DNA of 64,000 nucleotides from positions 58,300 to 122,299 of the forward strand of contig DATGXY010000310.1 in the NCBI GenBank assembly GCA_035298525.1. The letters run 5' to 3'. The position numbers were made by a program, and so were the translations under genes. The stretch's first letter is position 1; each line of letters starts with the position of its first letter. The DNA comes from Holophaga sp. (GTDB lineage: Bacteria; Acidobacteriota; Holophagae; Holophagales; Holophagaceae). Positions 28,901 through 42,175 of the stretch are shown here, in pieces. The notes below the pieces were generated by a model. It saw nothing but the letters and a program-made list of their open reading frames with translations, was not told where the DNA came from and did not search any database.

Positions 28901-28995
28901 CGCACGGCGCCCGTGGTCGAGCTGGTCTGGGCGCTGGCGACGGTGGCGCAGGCGATGGCGGAAAGCAGGGCGATACTCCAGCGGCGCTTGTTCAT
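25948..28995 (-). CDS. TonB-dependent receptor with an N-terminal carboxypeptidase-regulatory-like domain
   Basis: 1015-aa ORF with a signal peptide, a CarboxypepD_reg-like segment (GAVRGTVTSKDGGRLAGASVTIRN...GEYIFPLVPLGTYEI), plug and barrel regions, and a C-terminal ...LGARFKF. Confidence 0.85.
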   Translation of the reverse strand: MNKRRWSIALLSAIACATVASAQTSSTTGAVRGTVTSKDGGRLAGASVTIRNVATNLTRTQVTAANGEYIFPLVPLGTYEIVVSAPGMRTLKDTSTRVGLGATSLANFSLDRAEAGATVAVVAASAALDSQQVTTTVAINSKMVESVPLAARDFTSLARLTPGATTAADQNRLSVEGGRGIFNNLTIDGASYNSNFFGEQRGSTRIPFAFGIDTIKELQIITDAYDAQYGNAAGGVINAVSKTGSNEFTGSLLVQMRPKSLVARIKPAPAATALQNSEKSRTKDFEQLDWNFNFGGPIVKDKLFFFAGLEVFHYTEKFTPSFGLDSSNNSQANLNTFLGKFGNIQVSNDGRTLAQDSGYQYTNDKRNTVAFARLDYNLNDSHRFTLRVNVQNWNSENGTTDFTSSSAPITGQTQQGLEKDNGLSWVAEWNAILSPKMVNEARLQIATERRPRYANSNVSPEISITNGFNAGQNNFLPNGLDEFSKQLIDNVTYTDGDWTLKGGIDFQWFSFANTFYRYNMGAFSFGNYAVANRWATGTLTSTDSFTYRQALSNYGGTISYDSSLYAAYLQGAYSGLLNRRLTLSFGMRFTSENQPDNPRPNAQLAGLDQANSARALDPRFGFTYDLTGKGKTMLRGGAGFFSSPNPSLTVSNTMNSNGNTTSTYTLAASNATVRTAANSGVLSYNALVTNGGTRLSALSAANLTLLGSASKDGQVWDPENKLPRAKRASLGIEHELENGLVLGVRASYAEFENLQYFVNINLRQKLADGTPDPNGYWRDGYPTKNNAFASSGRPGMAYVRGRLLDFSGFGNIWLSENQGTGRYKAISITASKTSDTGYGFQSSVTFASSRDNNSNERVTASASANSTVNNPADPHSNYGPSDNDVKFRAVFAGYFPVIWGIKGAAIATVTTGQPYTGYATSDLNGDTSTSNDYAVGSGGRNAYRQPAVKTFDLRFTRAFPFGNRLSLELQADLFNVFNWANWTTSNTQFANANFGTLNVQDRNTREVQLGARFKF

Positions 28996-29164
28996 GCTTG
29001 CTCCTGGCCCATACGGGGCATGGATGGAGGGGGGGCTGGCCGGATGGGCAGCGGAACCTCGGTTCGATTGGTGGATCCAAGATGCCAGACGAGCCGCCGT
29101 CTGGGAAGAAATAGCCCGCAGTGATATTGAAACTTTTACGGAAAATGTCGCACTTATAGCGACC

Positions 29165-30919
<1,755 letters not shown>

Positions 30920-31012
30920 CCCATGAGCCTACCTGAATCGGGGCGGATGACGCTTGACTCCCGGCCGGCCATCGCCCATCATGGGGGCTCTGAGTTCTTT
31001 GCCAGTTCCATA

Positions 31013-31125
31013 GTGAGCTATCCAGAAAGGTGGAGGGACGGGCCCTGTGAAACCTTGGCAACCTGCGACGAGCAAGGTGCCAATTCCTGCCGGAGCCGAC
31101 GGAAGTCGGAGCCGGATAGATACCG
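31013..31125 (+). promoter_or_regulatory. SAM-I (S-box) riboswitch aptamer
   Basis: The P1 arms are CTATCC...GGATAG. The conserved core is AGAAAGGTGGAGGGACGGGCCCTGTGAAACCTTGGCAACC...AAGGTGCCAATTCCTGCCGG, matching the S-box consensus. It lies upstream of metY. Confidence 0.88.
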
Positions 31126-31136
31126 AACTGATGTGA

Positions 31137-33513
<2,377 letters not shown>

Positions 33514-33517
<4 letters not shown>

Positions 33518-34866
33518 AGGTGCTCAAGTTCGGCGGAACCAGCGTGGGGTCCACCCCGGCCCAGCTCCTGGCGGCCCGCATCATCCGGGAGGAGCTCCCC
33601 TCGGGGGGGGTGGTCGTCGTCTCCGCCCTCTCCGGCACGACGGATCTGATCCTCAAGGCCATCGCCGCCTCGGCCCGGGGGGACCTGGCCGCCGCCTCCG
33701 CGGGCCGGGCCGCCCTGGAGGCCCGCCACTGGGAGGCGGCCCGGGCCCTGGGCCTGGAGGGGGCGGTGCGCCCCCACTGGGAACCCCTTCTCCAGTCCCT
33801 GGGCGATCTGCTCCAGGGCATGGGCCTCCTGTGGGAGGCCTCCCCCCGGAGCCGGGATACGGCCCTGGCCGTGGGAGAGACCCTGTCGGCCCGCCTCATG
33901 GCCGCCCTCCTCGTCCAGGAGGGACTGGACGCCGCCTTCCGGGATGTGCGGGAGGTGATCAAGACCGACGGCCGGCACGGCCGGGCCCGCCCCGATCTGG
34001 AGGCCATCGCCCAGGCCGCCCAAGACTGGCGGTCCGCCCTGGCCCCCGGGGCCGTCTGGGTGACCCAGGGCTTCCTGGGCCTGGGGCCGGACGGGGCCAC
34101 CACCACCCTGGGCCGGGGGGGCTCGGACACGAGCGCCGCCCTGCTGGGGGAGGCCCTGGGCGCCGCCGAGGTACAGATATGGACGGACGTGGACGGGGTG
34201 CTGAGCGCCGATCCCAGCCTGGTGGCCCTGGCCCGGCCCATCCCCGTCATGACCCTGCCGGAGGCGGCCGCCCTCTCGGCCTTCGGGGCCAAGGTGCTCC
34301 ACGCGGACGCCCTGGCGCCCGTCAGGCGGGCCGGCTTTCGGCTGGTGGTGGCCAATACCCACCGTCCCCAGGCCGGCAGGACGGTCATTCTCCCGGAAGC
34401 ACCCGCCCGGAGGCCCGGAGAGATCACCTCGGTGGCCTACAAGGAAGGGGTCTCCTGCCTGCGGGTGCCCCCCACGGCGGACGCGGAGCAGCTGTTCCAG
34501 GCCTCCACCCGCCTGCTGGAGGCGGGCGCCTCCCTGTACGGCCTGCTGGCCACCCCCGACGGCGGCCTCCTGGTGGCCCGGGGTGAAACGGCGGATTCGG
34601 AGGCCGTGCTTGCGGACCTGGCCGCCTCCGGCCTGGATGTGAGCCGGGGCTGGGCGGTGGTGGCCCTGGTGGGCGAGGGTCTGCGGGCGGCGCCTGGCCG
34701 GGCCCTCAGCCTCCTGGGTCCCCTTGCGGCGGAGCCCGTCGCCGCCATCCTTGCGGGGGACACCGGCGTCTCCCTGGCCTTCCTGGTGCCGGAGGCGCGG
34801 CTGCAGGACCTCATCCCCCGCCTCCACGCCCACTGCATCGAACACGCCCAGGGAGTCTGCCCATGA
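33514..34866 (+). CDS. monofunctional aspartate kinase (enteric LysC/ThrA-type)
   Basis: Trimmed to MKVLKFGGTSVG... (450 aa) with an ATGA overlap on the metX stop. It has TLGRGGSDTSAA, WTDVDGV and a C-terminal ACT-like region. Confidence 0.9.
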
Positions 34867-35627
34867 TCCGCGGCCTCGAGAACAAGCGCATCCTCCTCAC
34901 CGGCGGCAGCCGGGGCATCGGCGCCGCCACCGTGCGGCTCCTGGCGGAACTGGGGGCCAAGGTGGCCTTCACGTACCGCCTCCGTTCCGACGCCGCCGAG
35001 GCCCTCGTGGCGGACGTGGAGGGCCGGGGGCGCACCGTGCTGGCCCTGCGGGCCGACCAGCGCTCCCGGGAGGACGCGGCCGCGGCCGTGGCCGCCGTGG
35101 AGGAGGCCTGGGGGGGCCTGGACGGCTTCGTGGGCAACGCCGGCGTCTGGCTACCCACCCCCGCGGACGCCCTGGATGAGACGAACCTGCTCTCCATTCT
35201 GGAAACGAACGTCACCGGCCTCTTCCGGTGGAACGCGGAGGTGATCCCGGCCCTGCGCCGGGCCGGGGGCGGGGCCATCGTCCTCCTGGCCAGCACCGCG
35301 GGCCAGCGGGGGGAGGCCGGGTACGGGGCCTACGCGGCCAGCAAGGGGGCCGTCATCTCCCTCACCAAGAGCCTCGCCTCGGAGCTGGGCCCCCAGGGCA
35401 TCCGGGTCAACTGCGTGGCCCCGGGCTGGGTGGACACGGACATGTCCGCCGGGGCCCTGCGCTCGGACGCCGCCCGGCGGGAGCGCATCCTGGCCGCCTT
35501 CCCCCTGGGACGGATTCCCGTCCCCGAGGACCTGGCCGGCCCCATCGCCTTCCTGCTGGGCGACCTGGCCGGAGCCATCCACGGCGAGATCCTCAACGTG
35601 AACGGCGGCACGGTCCTCTGCGGCTGA
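34863..35627 (+). CDS. classical short-chain dehydrogenase/reductase (FabG-like), substrate unknown
   Basis: 254-aa ORF with TGGSRGIG, NAG, S...YAASK and an ATGA overlap with the aspartate kinase stop. Confidence 0.85.
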   Translation: MIRGLENKRILLTGGSRGIGAATVRLLAELGAKVAFTYRLRSDAAEALVADVEGRGRTVLALRADQRSREDAAAAVAAVEEAWGGLDGFVGNAGVWLPTPADALDETNLLSILETNVTGLFRWNAEVIPALRRAGGGAIVLLASTAGQRGEAGYGAYAASKGAVISLTKSLASELGPQGIRVNCVAPGWVDTDMSAGALRSDAARRERILAAFPLGRIPVPEDLAGPIAFLLGDLAGAIHGEILNVNGGTVLCG

Positions 35628-35689
35628 TTTCCTTGACGCTCCCGGCCAGCCGGGCGCATGCTTCCCCCACCCTCCGACCCCCGAGCCCC

Positions 35690-37534
35690 ATGCCCGCCTC
35701 CTTCCTCGACGCCCTCCGGTCCGGCCAGTGCTTCCTCTTCGACGGGTCGACCCCCACCGTCCTCTATGAGCGGGGCGTGTACATCAACCGCTCCTTCGAC
35801 GAGGCCAACCTGGCCTCGCCCGAGCTGGTGGAGGCCATCCACGGCGAATTCCGCGCCGCCGGAGCCCAGGTGCTCACCACCAACACCTGGGCCGCCAACC
35901 GGGTCAAGCTCCAGGGCTACGGCCTGGCGGAGCGCCTCCACGAGATCAACGTGGCCGGGGCGGCCCTGGCCCGGAGGGCCCTGGACGCGGAGGGGGAAGG
36001 CTGGGTCGCGGGCTGCATCGGTCCCCTGGGGGTGCGCATCGAGCCCTGGGGGCCCACCAGCTTCGAGGAGGCCAGGGGCTACTTCGCGGAGCAGGCCCGG
36101 GCCCTCATCGAGGGCGGGGTGGACCTCTTCGTGCTGGAGAGCTTCGCCGACCTCAACGAGATCCACCAGGCCATCCTGGCCATCAAGTCCATCTGCGACC
36201 TGCCCGTGGCGGCCCAGATGACCCCCAACGACGAGGGGCAGACCCTGTACGGCACGGAGCCCGAGTGGTACGTGGCCAAGCTGGCCGAATGGGGCGCCGA
36301 CCTCGTCGGGGTGAACGGGGGCACGGGCCCGGCCCCCCTGCTGGACCTCCTCAAGCGGTTCCGCACCGTCACCAGCTGTCCCCTCATCCTCCAGCCCAGC
36401 GCCGGCCTCCCCCGCATGGTGGACGGGCGCACCCTCTACATGGCCAGTCCCGAGTACCTGGGCGAGTTCGCGCGCCAGGCCTTCCAGCTGGGGGCCCGGG
36501 CCGTGGGGGGCTGCGCCGGCACCACCCCCGCCCACTCCCGGGCCATGCAGGGGGCCCTGCGCCAGGAGCGCGCCTTCGTGGAGGGGGCGACGGAGAAGCC
36601 CCCTTCGGAGACCCCCTCCTTCGCGGTGCCCCGGGCGGAGCGCAGCGCCTTCAGCCGGAAGCTGGCCGACGGCGGCTTCGTGGTCTCCGTGGAACTGGTG
36701 CCCCCCAAGGGGATCAGCGCCGACAAGCTGGTGGAGAACGCCGCCTTCTGCAAGGCGCGGGGGGTGGACACCATCAACGTGCCCGACGGGCCCCGGGCCA
36801 TGGCCCGCATGTCGGCCCTGGCCACGGCGGTCATCATCCAGGAGCGGGTGGGCATCGAGGCCCTCATGCACTTCGCCTGCCGGGACCGGAACCTCCTGGG
36901 CATCCAGAGCGACCTGCTGGGGGCGGCCGCCCTCGGCGTCCAGAACGTGCTGGCGATCACCGGGGATCCCCCCAAGCTGGGCCCCTACCCCACCGCCACC
37001 GCCGTCTTCGACGTGGACGCCATCGGCCTCACCAACATCCTGCGCCAGCTCAACTCGGGCCTGGACCTGGGCGGCAGCCGCATCGGGGTGCCCACCCGGT
37101 TCAGCGTCGGGGTGGGCGCCAACCCCGTGGCCGTGGACCCGGAGCGGGAGAAGTCCCGCTTCCGCTACAAGGTGGAGGCGGGGGCGGAGTGGGCCATCAC
37201 CCAGCCCGTCTTCGACGCCGACGCCCTGTTCAGGTTCCTGGAGTTCGCCGAGCCCCTTGGGATCCCCGTCATCGCCGGCATCTGGCCCCTCAAGAGCCTG
37301 CGCAACGCCGAGTTCATGGCCAACGAGGTGCCGGGGGTGACCCTCCCGAATGAGCTCCTGAAGCGCATGGCCCGGTGGCAGAGCGCCGAGGACCAGCTCA
37401 AGGAGGGCCTGGACATCGCCCTGGAGATCATCGGGAAGGTGCGTCCCTCGGTCCGCGGCCTCCAGCTCTCGGCCCCCCTGGGGCAGGTGGGGATGCTGGA
37501 CTCGCTGCTGGAAGCGGGGGTGGGCCGTGGGTGA
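35690..37534 (+). CDS. bifunctional homocysteine S-methyltransferase domain / 5,10-methylenetetrahydrofolate reductase (YitJ-like fusion)
   Basis: Trimmed to MPASFLDALRSG... (614 aa). The N-terminal half is a Hcy-binding domain (TNTWAAN, GGCAGTTP). The C-terminal half is MTHFR-like (HFACRDRN, ITGDPP). Confidence 0.88.
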   Translation: MPASFLDALRSGQCFLFDGSTPTVLYERGVYINRSFDEANLASPELVEAIHGEFRAAGAQVLTTNTWAANRVKLQGYGLAERLHEINVAGAALARRALDAEGEGWVAGCIGPLGVRIEPWGPTSFEEARGYFAEQARALIEGGVDLFVLESFADLNEIHQAILAIKSICDLPVAAQMTPNDEGQTLYGTEPEWYVAKLAEWGADLVGVNGGTGPAPLLDLLKRFRTVTSCPLILQPSAGLPRMVDGRTLYMASPEYLGEFARQAFQLGARAVGGCAGTTPAHSRAMQGALRQERAFVEGATEKPPSETPSFAVPRAERSAFSRKLADGGFVVSVELVPPKGISADKLVENAAFCKARGVDTINVPDGPRAMARMSALATAVIIQERVGIEALMHFACRDRNLLGIQSDLLGAAALGVQNVLAITGDPPKLGPYPTATAVFDVDAIGLTNILRQLNSGLDLGGSRIGVPTRFSVGVGANPVAVDPEREKSRFRYKVEAGAEWAITQPVFDADALFRFLEFAEPLGIPVIAGIWPLKSLRNAEFMANEVPGVTLPNELLKRMARWQSAEDQLKEGLDIALEIIGKVRPSVRGLQLSAPLGQVGMLDSLLEAGVGRG

Positions 37535-37826
37535 GCGGGTGAAGGTGCGCTTCCTGCCCGAGGACCTCCTGGCCGAGTGCCCCGCGGGGACCCCCCTGCA
37601 GGCGGTGGCGGACGCCGCCGGGGCCGACCTGACCTTCGGGTGCCGGACCGGGTCCTGCGGCACCTGCCGGGTGCGGGTGCTCCGGGGCCTGGAACACTGC
37701 TCGGCCCCCGGCCGGGAGGAGCGGGACTACCTCCGGGGCCTGGAGGCCCCCCCCGACCAGAGGCTGGCCTGCCAGTTCACGGTCCAGGGGGACGTGGAGA
37801 TCGAATACCTGGGAGCCGACCTGTGA
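37527..37826 (+). CDS. 2Fe-2S ferredoxin
   Basis: 99-aa ORF with the Cys pattern C-x5-C-x2-C...C (GCRTGSCGTCRVRV...LACQ). It overlaps both neighbours. Confidence 0.75.
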   Translation: MGERVKVRFLPEDLLAECPAGTPLQAVADAAGADLTFGCRTGSCGTCRVRVLRGLEHCSAPGREERDYLRGLEAPPDQRLACQFTVQGDVEIEYLGADL

Positions 37827-40800
37827 CCTCGCTTTCCGCCCTCCTCCTGGAACGCACCCTCCTCCTGGACGGGGGCATGGGCACCCAGATCATGGCCCGC
37901 AGGCCCACCGTGGACGACTTCGGGGGCCCGGCCCTGGAAGGGTGCATGGAGCTGCTCAACGAGCGAAGGCCGGAATGGATCCGGGACATCCACGCGGCCT
38001 ACCTGGACGCGGGCGCCGACGCGGTGGAGACCAACACCTTCGGCGCGAACCGGGTGGTGCTGGGGGAATTCGGCATCCCGGACCGGGCCGAGGAGCTGAA
38101 CGAGACCGCGGCCCGGCTGGCCCGGGAGGTGGCGGCCTCGTACGACCGGCGCCGCTACGTGATCGGATCCGTGGGGCCCGGCACCAAGCTCCTGACCCTG
38201 GGCCACATCGGGTACGAGGAGCTGTACGCCAGCTACCTGGCCCAGATGCGGGGCCTCCTGAAGGGGGGGGTGGACGCCGTCCTCATCGAGACGAGCCAGG
38301 ACCTGGGCCAGATGAAGCTGGCGGTTCGCGCCGCCCGGGAGGCCATGGCCGCGCTGGCGCTGATGCGCCCCCTGTGGGTGCAGGCCACGGTGGAGACGAC
38401 GGGCACCCTGCTTCTGGGCACCGAGATCCAGTCCGTCATCACCACCCTTGAGGCCCTGGGCATCGACGTGCTGGGGCTCAACTGCGGCACGGGCCCGGAC
38501 GAGATGCGGGCGCCCCTGGCGGCCCTGGCCGAGACCTCCCCCTGCCGCATCAGCTGCCTGCCCAACGCGGGCCTGCCCGTGAACCGGGACGGGGCCCTCG
38601 TCTACCCCCTGGAGCCCGAGGCCTTCGCCGCCAAGGTCGCGGGCCTGGCCAAGGCCTTCAACCTCAATATCGTCGGGGGCTGCTGCGGCACCACCCCCGA
38701 CCACATCCGGGCCCTGGCCGGGGCCCTGGGATCGTCCGGCATCACCCACCGGACGCCCGTCCTGGACCGTTCCGTCTCCAGCCTCTACCTGAGCACCCCC
38801 CTGCGCCAGGAGCCCCGCCCCCTCATCGTGGGCGAGCGCACCAACGCCAACGGCTCCAGGAAGTTCCGGGACCTGCTGGCCCAGGACGACTACGACGCCC
38901 TGGTGGAGGTGGCCAAGGACCAGCAGCGGGAGGGGGCCCACATGCTGGACGTGTGCGTGGCCTACGTGGGCCGGGACGAGGCCGCGGACATGGAGGCCTT
39001 CCTGAAGCGGGCCGTGACCCAGGTGTCGCTGCCCCTGATGATCGACTCCACCGAGGTGGCCGTCATCGAGCGGGCCCTGCGCACGGCCCCGGGCAAGTGC
39101 GTGGTCAACTCCATCAACTTCGAGGACGGGGACGCCCGGGCCCGGCGGGTGCTGGACCTGTGCCGCACCTACGGGGCGGCCGTGGTGGGCCTGACCATCG
39201 ACGAGGGGGGGATGGCCAAGACGTCCGGCGAGAAGGCCGCCGTGGCGAAGCGGCTGGTGGACCTGGCCGTGGGCGAGTACGGCCTGGATCCCTCCGACCT
39301 GATCATCGATCCCCTCACCTTCACCCTGGGCAGCGGGGAGGAGGGCTTCCGGCGCTCCGCCCTGGAGACCCTGGAGGCCATTTCCGCCATCAAGGCCGCC
39401 CACCCCGGCGTGCTCACCATGCTGGGGGTGAGCAACGTGAGCTTCGGCCTGGCCCCCGCGGCCCGGCACGTGCTGAACGCCCTCATGCTCTACCATGCCG
39501 TGAAGGCGGGCCTGGACCTGGCCATCTTCAACTCCGCCAAGGTGATCCCCGTGGCCGGCATCCCCGCCGGCCAGCGGGAGGCGGCGGAGGACCTCATCTT
39601 CGACCGGCGCCGGGAGGGCTACGATCCCCTCAAGGCCCTCATGGCCCTCTTCGCCGGGGGCGCCCCCCGGCAGGAGGCCGCCGCCACGGACCCGGACCTG
39701 CCCGTGGCCGAGCGGCTCCGCCGGGACATCATCCAGGGCGCCAAGCGCCAGATCCTGGCCGACGTGGACGAGGCCCTGGCCACCATCCCCCCCCTGGAGA
39801 TCATCAACGGCATCCTCCTGGAAGGCATGCGGGTCGTGGGCGAGCGCTTCGGCGCCGGCGAGATGCAGCTGCCCTTCGTGCTGGAGAGCGCCGAGGCCAT
39901 GAAGGCCGCCGTGAAGCGCATCGAGCCCCACATCCCCAAGGAGAGCGCCACCACCCGCGGCCGCATCATCCTGGCCACGGTGAAGGGGGACGTGCACGAC
40001 ATCGGCAAGAACCTGGTGGACATCATCCTCTCCAACAACGGCTACGAGGTGGTGAACCTGGGCATCAAGCAGCCCGTGGAGGCGGTGCTGGCCGCCCTGG
40101 AAAAGCACGGGGCCGACGCCATCGGCCTTTCGGGCCTCCTGGTCAAGTCCACCGCCGTCATGCGGGACGACCTGAACTGCATGGCGGAGAAGGGCCTGGA
40201 CATCCCGGTGATCCTGGGCGGGGCCGCCCTGACGCGGGACTACGTGGAGGAGCAGTGCCAGGCCGTGTACCCCGGGCCCGTGCTCTACGCCGAGGACGCC
40301 TTCGAGGGGCTGCGCCACATGGACCGCATCACGGGCATCCGGAAGGAGGGCGGCGACCCGGCCTCCCTGGCGTCCCGGCCCGGCGCCTCCGCCATCACCG
40401 TCATCAGCCGGGCCGGGGCCGCCGTCCCCCTCACCCCCGAGGGCCAGAGCTCCTGGGTGCGGCGGGGCCTGGAGACGCCCGAGCCCCCCTTCCTGGGCGT
40501 GCGGGAGGTCCAGGCCTCCCTGGAGGACGTCTTCGGGTTCCTGGACACCTTCACCGTCATCCGGAACCGCTGGTCCTTCACCCAGGGCCGGCTCTCGGAC
40601 GAGGCCTTCGACGCGGTGCTGTCGGAGAAGGCCGAACCCCTCCTGGCGGCCTGGAAGGCCCGGATCCTGGCGGAGGACCTCCTGGTCCCCAGGGCCCGGT
40701 ACGGGTACCTGCCCGTCCAGGCCCGGGGCGACGAGCTCCTCGTCTACCGGCCCGACCGCTCCGCCGTGGCCGCCGTCCTCCCCCTGCCCCGCCAGGAGAC

Positions 40801-41263
40801 GGGCCGCCGTCTTTCCATCGCCGACTTCTTCCATCCCGAGGCCAGCGGACAGTTCGACATCCTGCCCCTCCAGCTGGTCACCCTGGGCCAGAAGGCGGCG
40901 GACCTCGCCCAGGCCCTGTACCGGGATGACAAGTACATGGACTACTTCCTCTTCCACGGCCTCGCCACCGAACTGACGGAGGCCTTCGCCGAGTTCCTCC
41001 ACGCCCGCATCCGCCGGGAGCTGGGGATCCACGGCAAGGACGCCCCCACCCTCCGCCAGATCTTCAGCCAGGGCTACCAGGGATCCCGGTACTCCTTCGG
41101 CTACCCGGCCTGTCCGGACCTGGAGGGGAACCGCATCCTGCTGGACCTCCTGGACGGCGGGTCCATCGGGGTCCACATCTCCGACCAGGCCCAGATGGAC
41201 CCTGAATATTCCACGTCAGCCCTGGTGGCCTGGCACCCCCAGGCCAGGTACTTCTCCATCTGA
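37823..41263 (+). CDS. metH: cobalamin-dependent methionine synthase, all four modules
   Basis: The GTG start overlaps the ferredoxin stop (GTGA), giving about 1146 aa. The Hcy, pterin, B12 (GDVHDIGKN) and AdoMet-reactivation domains can all be recognised. Confidence 0.95.
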   Translation: MTSLSALLLERTLLLDGGMGTQIMARRPTVDDFGGPALEGCMELLNERRPEWIRDIHAAYLDAGADAVETNTFGANRVVLGEFGIPDRAEELNETAARLAREVAASYDRRRYVIGSVGPGTKLLTLGHIGYEELYASYLAQMRGLLKGGVDAVLIETSQDLGQMKLAVRAAREAMAALALMRPLWVQATVETTGTLLLGTEIQSVITTLEALGIDVLGLNCGTGPDEMRAPLAALAETSPCRISCLPNAGLPVNRDGALVYPLEPEAFAAKVAGLAKAFNLNIVGGCCGTTPDHIRALAGALGSSGITHRTPVLDRSVSSLYLSTPLRQEPRPLIVGERTNANGSRKFRDLLAQDDYDALVEVAKDQQREGAHMLDVCVAYVGRDEAADMEAFLKRAVTQVSLPLMIDSTEVAVIERALRTAPGKCVVNSINFEDGDARARRVLDLCRTYGAAVVGLTIDEGGMAKTSGEKAAVAKRLVDLAVGEYGLDPSDLIIDPLTFTLGSGEEGFRRSALETLEAISAIKAAHPGVLTMLGVSNVSFGLAPAARHVLNALMLYHAVKAGLDLAIFNSAKVIPVAGIPAGQREAAEDLIFDRRREGYDPLKALMALFAGGAPRQEAAATDPDLPVAERLRRDIIQGAKRQILADVDEALATIPPLEIINGILLEGMRVVGERFGAGEMQLPFVLESAEAMKAAVKRIEPHIPKESATTRGRIILATVKGDVHDIGKNLVDIILSNNGYEVVNLGIKQPVEAVLAALEKHGADAIGLSGLLVKSTAVMRDDLNCMAEKGLDIPVILGGAALTRDYVEEQCQAVYPGPVLYAEDAFEGLRHMDRITGIRKEGGDPASLASRPGASAITVISRAGAAVPLTPEGQSSWVRRGLETPEPPFLGVREVQASLEDVFGFLDTFTVIRNRWSFTQGRLSDEAFDAVLSEKAEPLLAAWKARILAEDLLVPRARYGYLPVQARGDELLVYRPDRSAVAAVLPLPRQETGRRLSIADFFHPEASGQFDILPLQLVTLGQKAADLAQALYRDDKYMDYFLFHGLATELTEAFAEFLHARIRRELGIHGKDAPTLRQIFSQGYQGSRYSFGYPACPDLEGNRILLDLLDGGSIGVHISDQAQMDPEYSTSALVAWHPQARYFSI

Positions 41264-41572
41264 TGGAAGGGCATGGAAAAGAAGACCGCCCAACCGGGCG
41301 GCCTTCCGTTTCCCCGATCCAGCCCTCAGCGCTGTGCCATTAACCATTCAACAAGCCGGTCATGCCAACGGCTGGGATCCTCCAGATCGCTCCGGCAGAG
41401 CCGGGGGGGGCAGGAAGGCTCCTTCCACCCCACTTTGCCCGTCGCGGAAAGACAAGTGGGTGGTTCGACGGCCCTTTTCAGGCTGGCGTCACAGGTTGGG
41501 GCCGAATTCATTTCTCGCCTCCGGCACTTCAAAGTCGCATCCAACAAGATAGGCATCTGGCAATCTGATGCC

Positions 41573-42175
41573 ATGGCGCGAATTCTTCAAACCCGGGTCG
41601 CCCCCCTCTTCCCCTCCGGGGGGGAGGTGAAGGTGATGCTCTTCGGGGAGGCCCCGGGCCCCCGGGGCGCGGACCAGAGCGGGATCCCCTTCTGGGGTGA
41701 CCGGGCCGGGGGCTCCCTGTACCGGGCCCTGGAGGCCGCGGGCCTGGCCCGGGTCCCCGCCGGCGCCTACGATGCCTGGGACGGGGCCCGGTTCCGGGAA
41801 CTGGGGCTGAGGCCCGAGCTTTCCGGCGCCGCCCTCAGCAACGCCCTGCCCTGGTGCCCCACCCGGGACGGCCAGACCTTCCGGGCCCCCACGGACCGGG
41901 AACTGCTGGACCCCGCCAACCTCACCCGGCTCCGGGAGGAGCTGGGCGCCGCCGCGGCCCGGTGCCGGGGCCGGCTGCGGGTGGTGGCCATGGGGAAGCG
42001 GGCCGAATGGGTCCTCTCCCGCCTCGCTCCCGATGTCCCCTTCGACCTCCACGCCCTCCCCCACCCCTCGGCCCAGGGCCTCCTGCAGGCCGCCCCCGGC
42101 AAGGGGAAGGGACTCCGGCTGGAGGACCTCCGCCGGGCCTGGGAGGCCCGGCTCAGCACCCTCCTGGAGACATGA
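41573..42175 (+). CDS. uracil-DNA glycosylase superfamily protein
   Basis: Trimmed to MARILQTR... (200 aa). Motif A is FGEAPGPRG...GIPFWGDRAG and motif B is HPSAQG. The start is uncertain because there is no clear ribosome-binding site. Confidence 0.68.
   Translation: MARILQTRVAPLFPSGGEVKVMLFGEAPGPRGADQSGIPFWGDRAGGSLYRALEAAGLARVPAGAYDAWDGARFRELGLRPELSGAALSNALPWCPTRDGQTFRAPTDRELLDPANLTRLREELGAAAARCRGRLRVVAMGKRAEWVLSRLAPDVPFDLHALPHPSAQGLLQAAPGKGKGLRLEDLRRAWEARLSTLLET

Noticed and set aside
25870-29124. A 1084-aa plus-strand ORF. The same applies to 37727-41176(-), 52247-55222(-), 59207-62362(+), 56342-58660(-), 35330-37663(-), 30057-32474(-), 28763-31195(+) and 49324-51807(+).
   Set aside because: All are antisense or out-of-frame shadows of well-supported genes (TonB-dependent receptor, metH, HEAT protein, glycosyltransferases and others). 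Their composition is Gly/Ala/Arg/Pro-rich and they lack ribosome-binding sites.
28996-29164. A Fur box or cobalamin riboswitch upstream of the TonB-dependent receptor.
   Set aside because: An AT-rich stretch (CGTAAAAGTTTCAATATCACT) is present but does not match the Fur consensus convincingly. No B12-box-like GCCACTG core was found.
41273-41572. A 100-aa N-terminal extension of the UDG-like ORF.
   Set aside because: The extension starts inside the metH terminator hairpin, has atypical Ser/Arg/Gln-rich composition and adds nothing homologous to UDG-family proteins.
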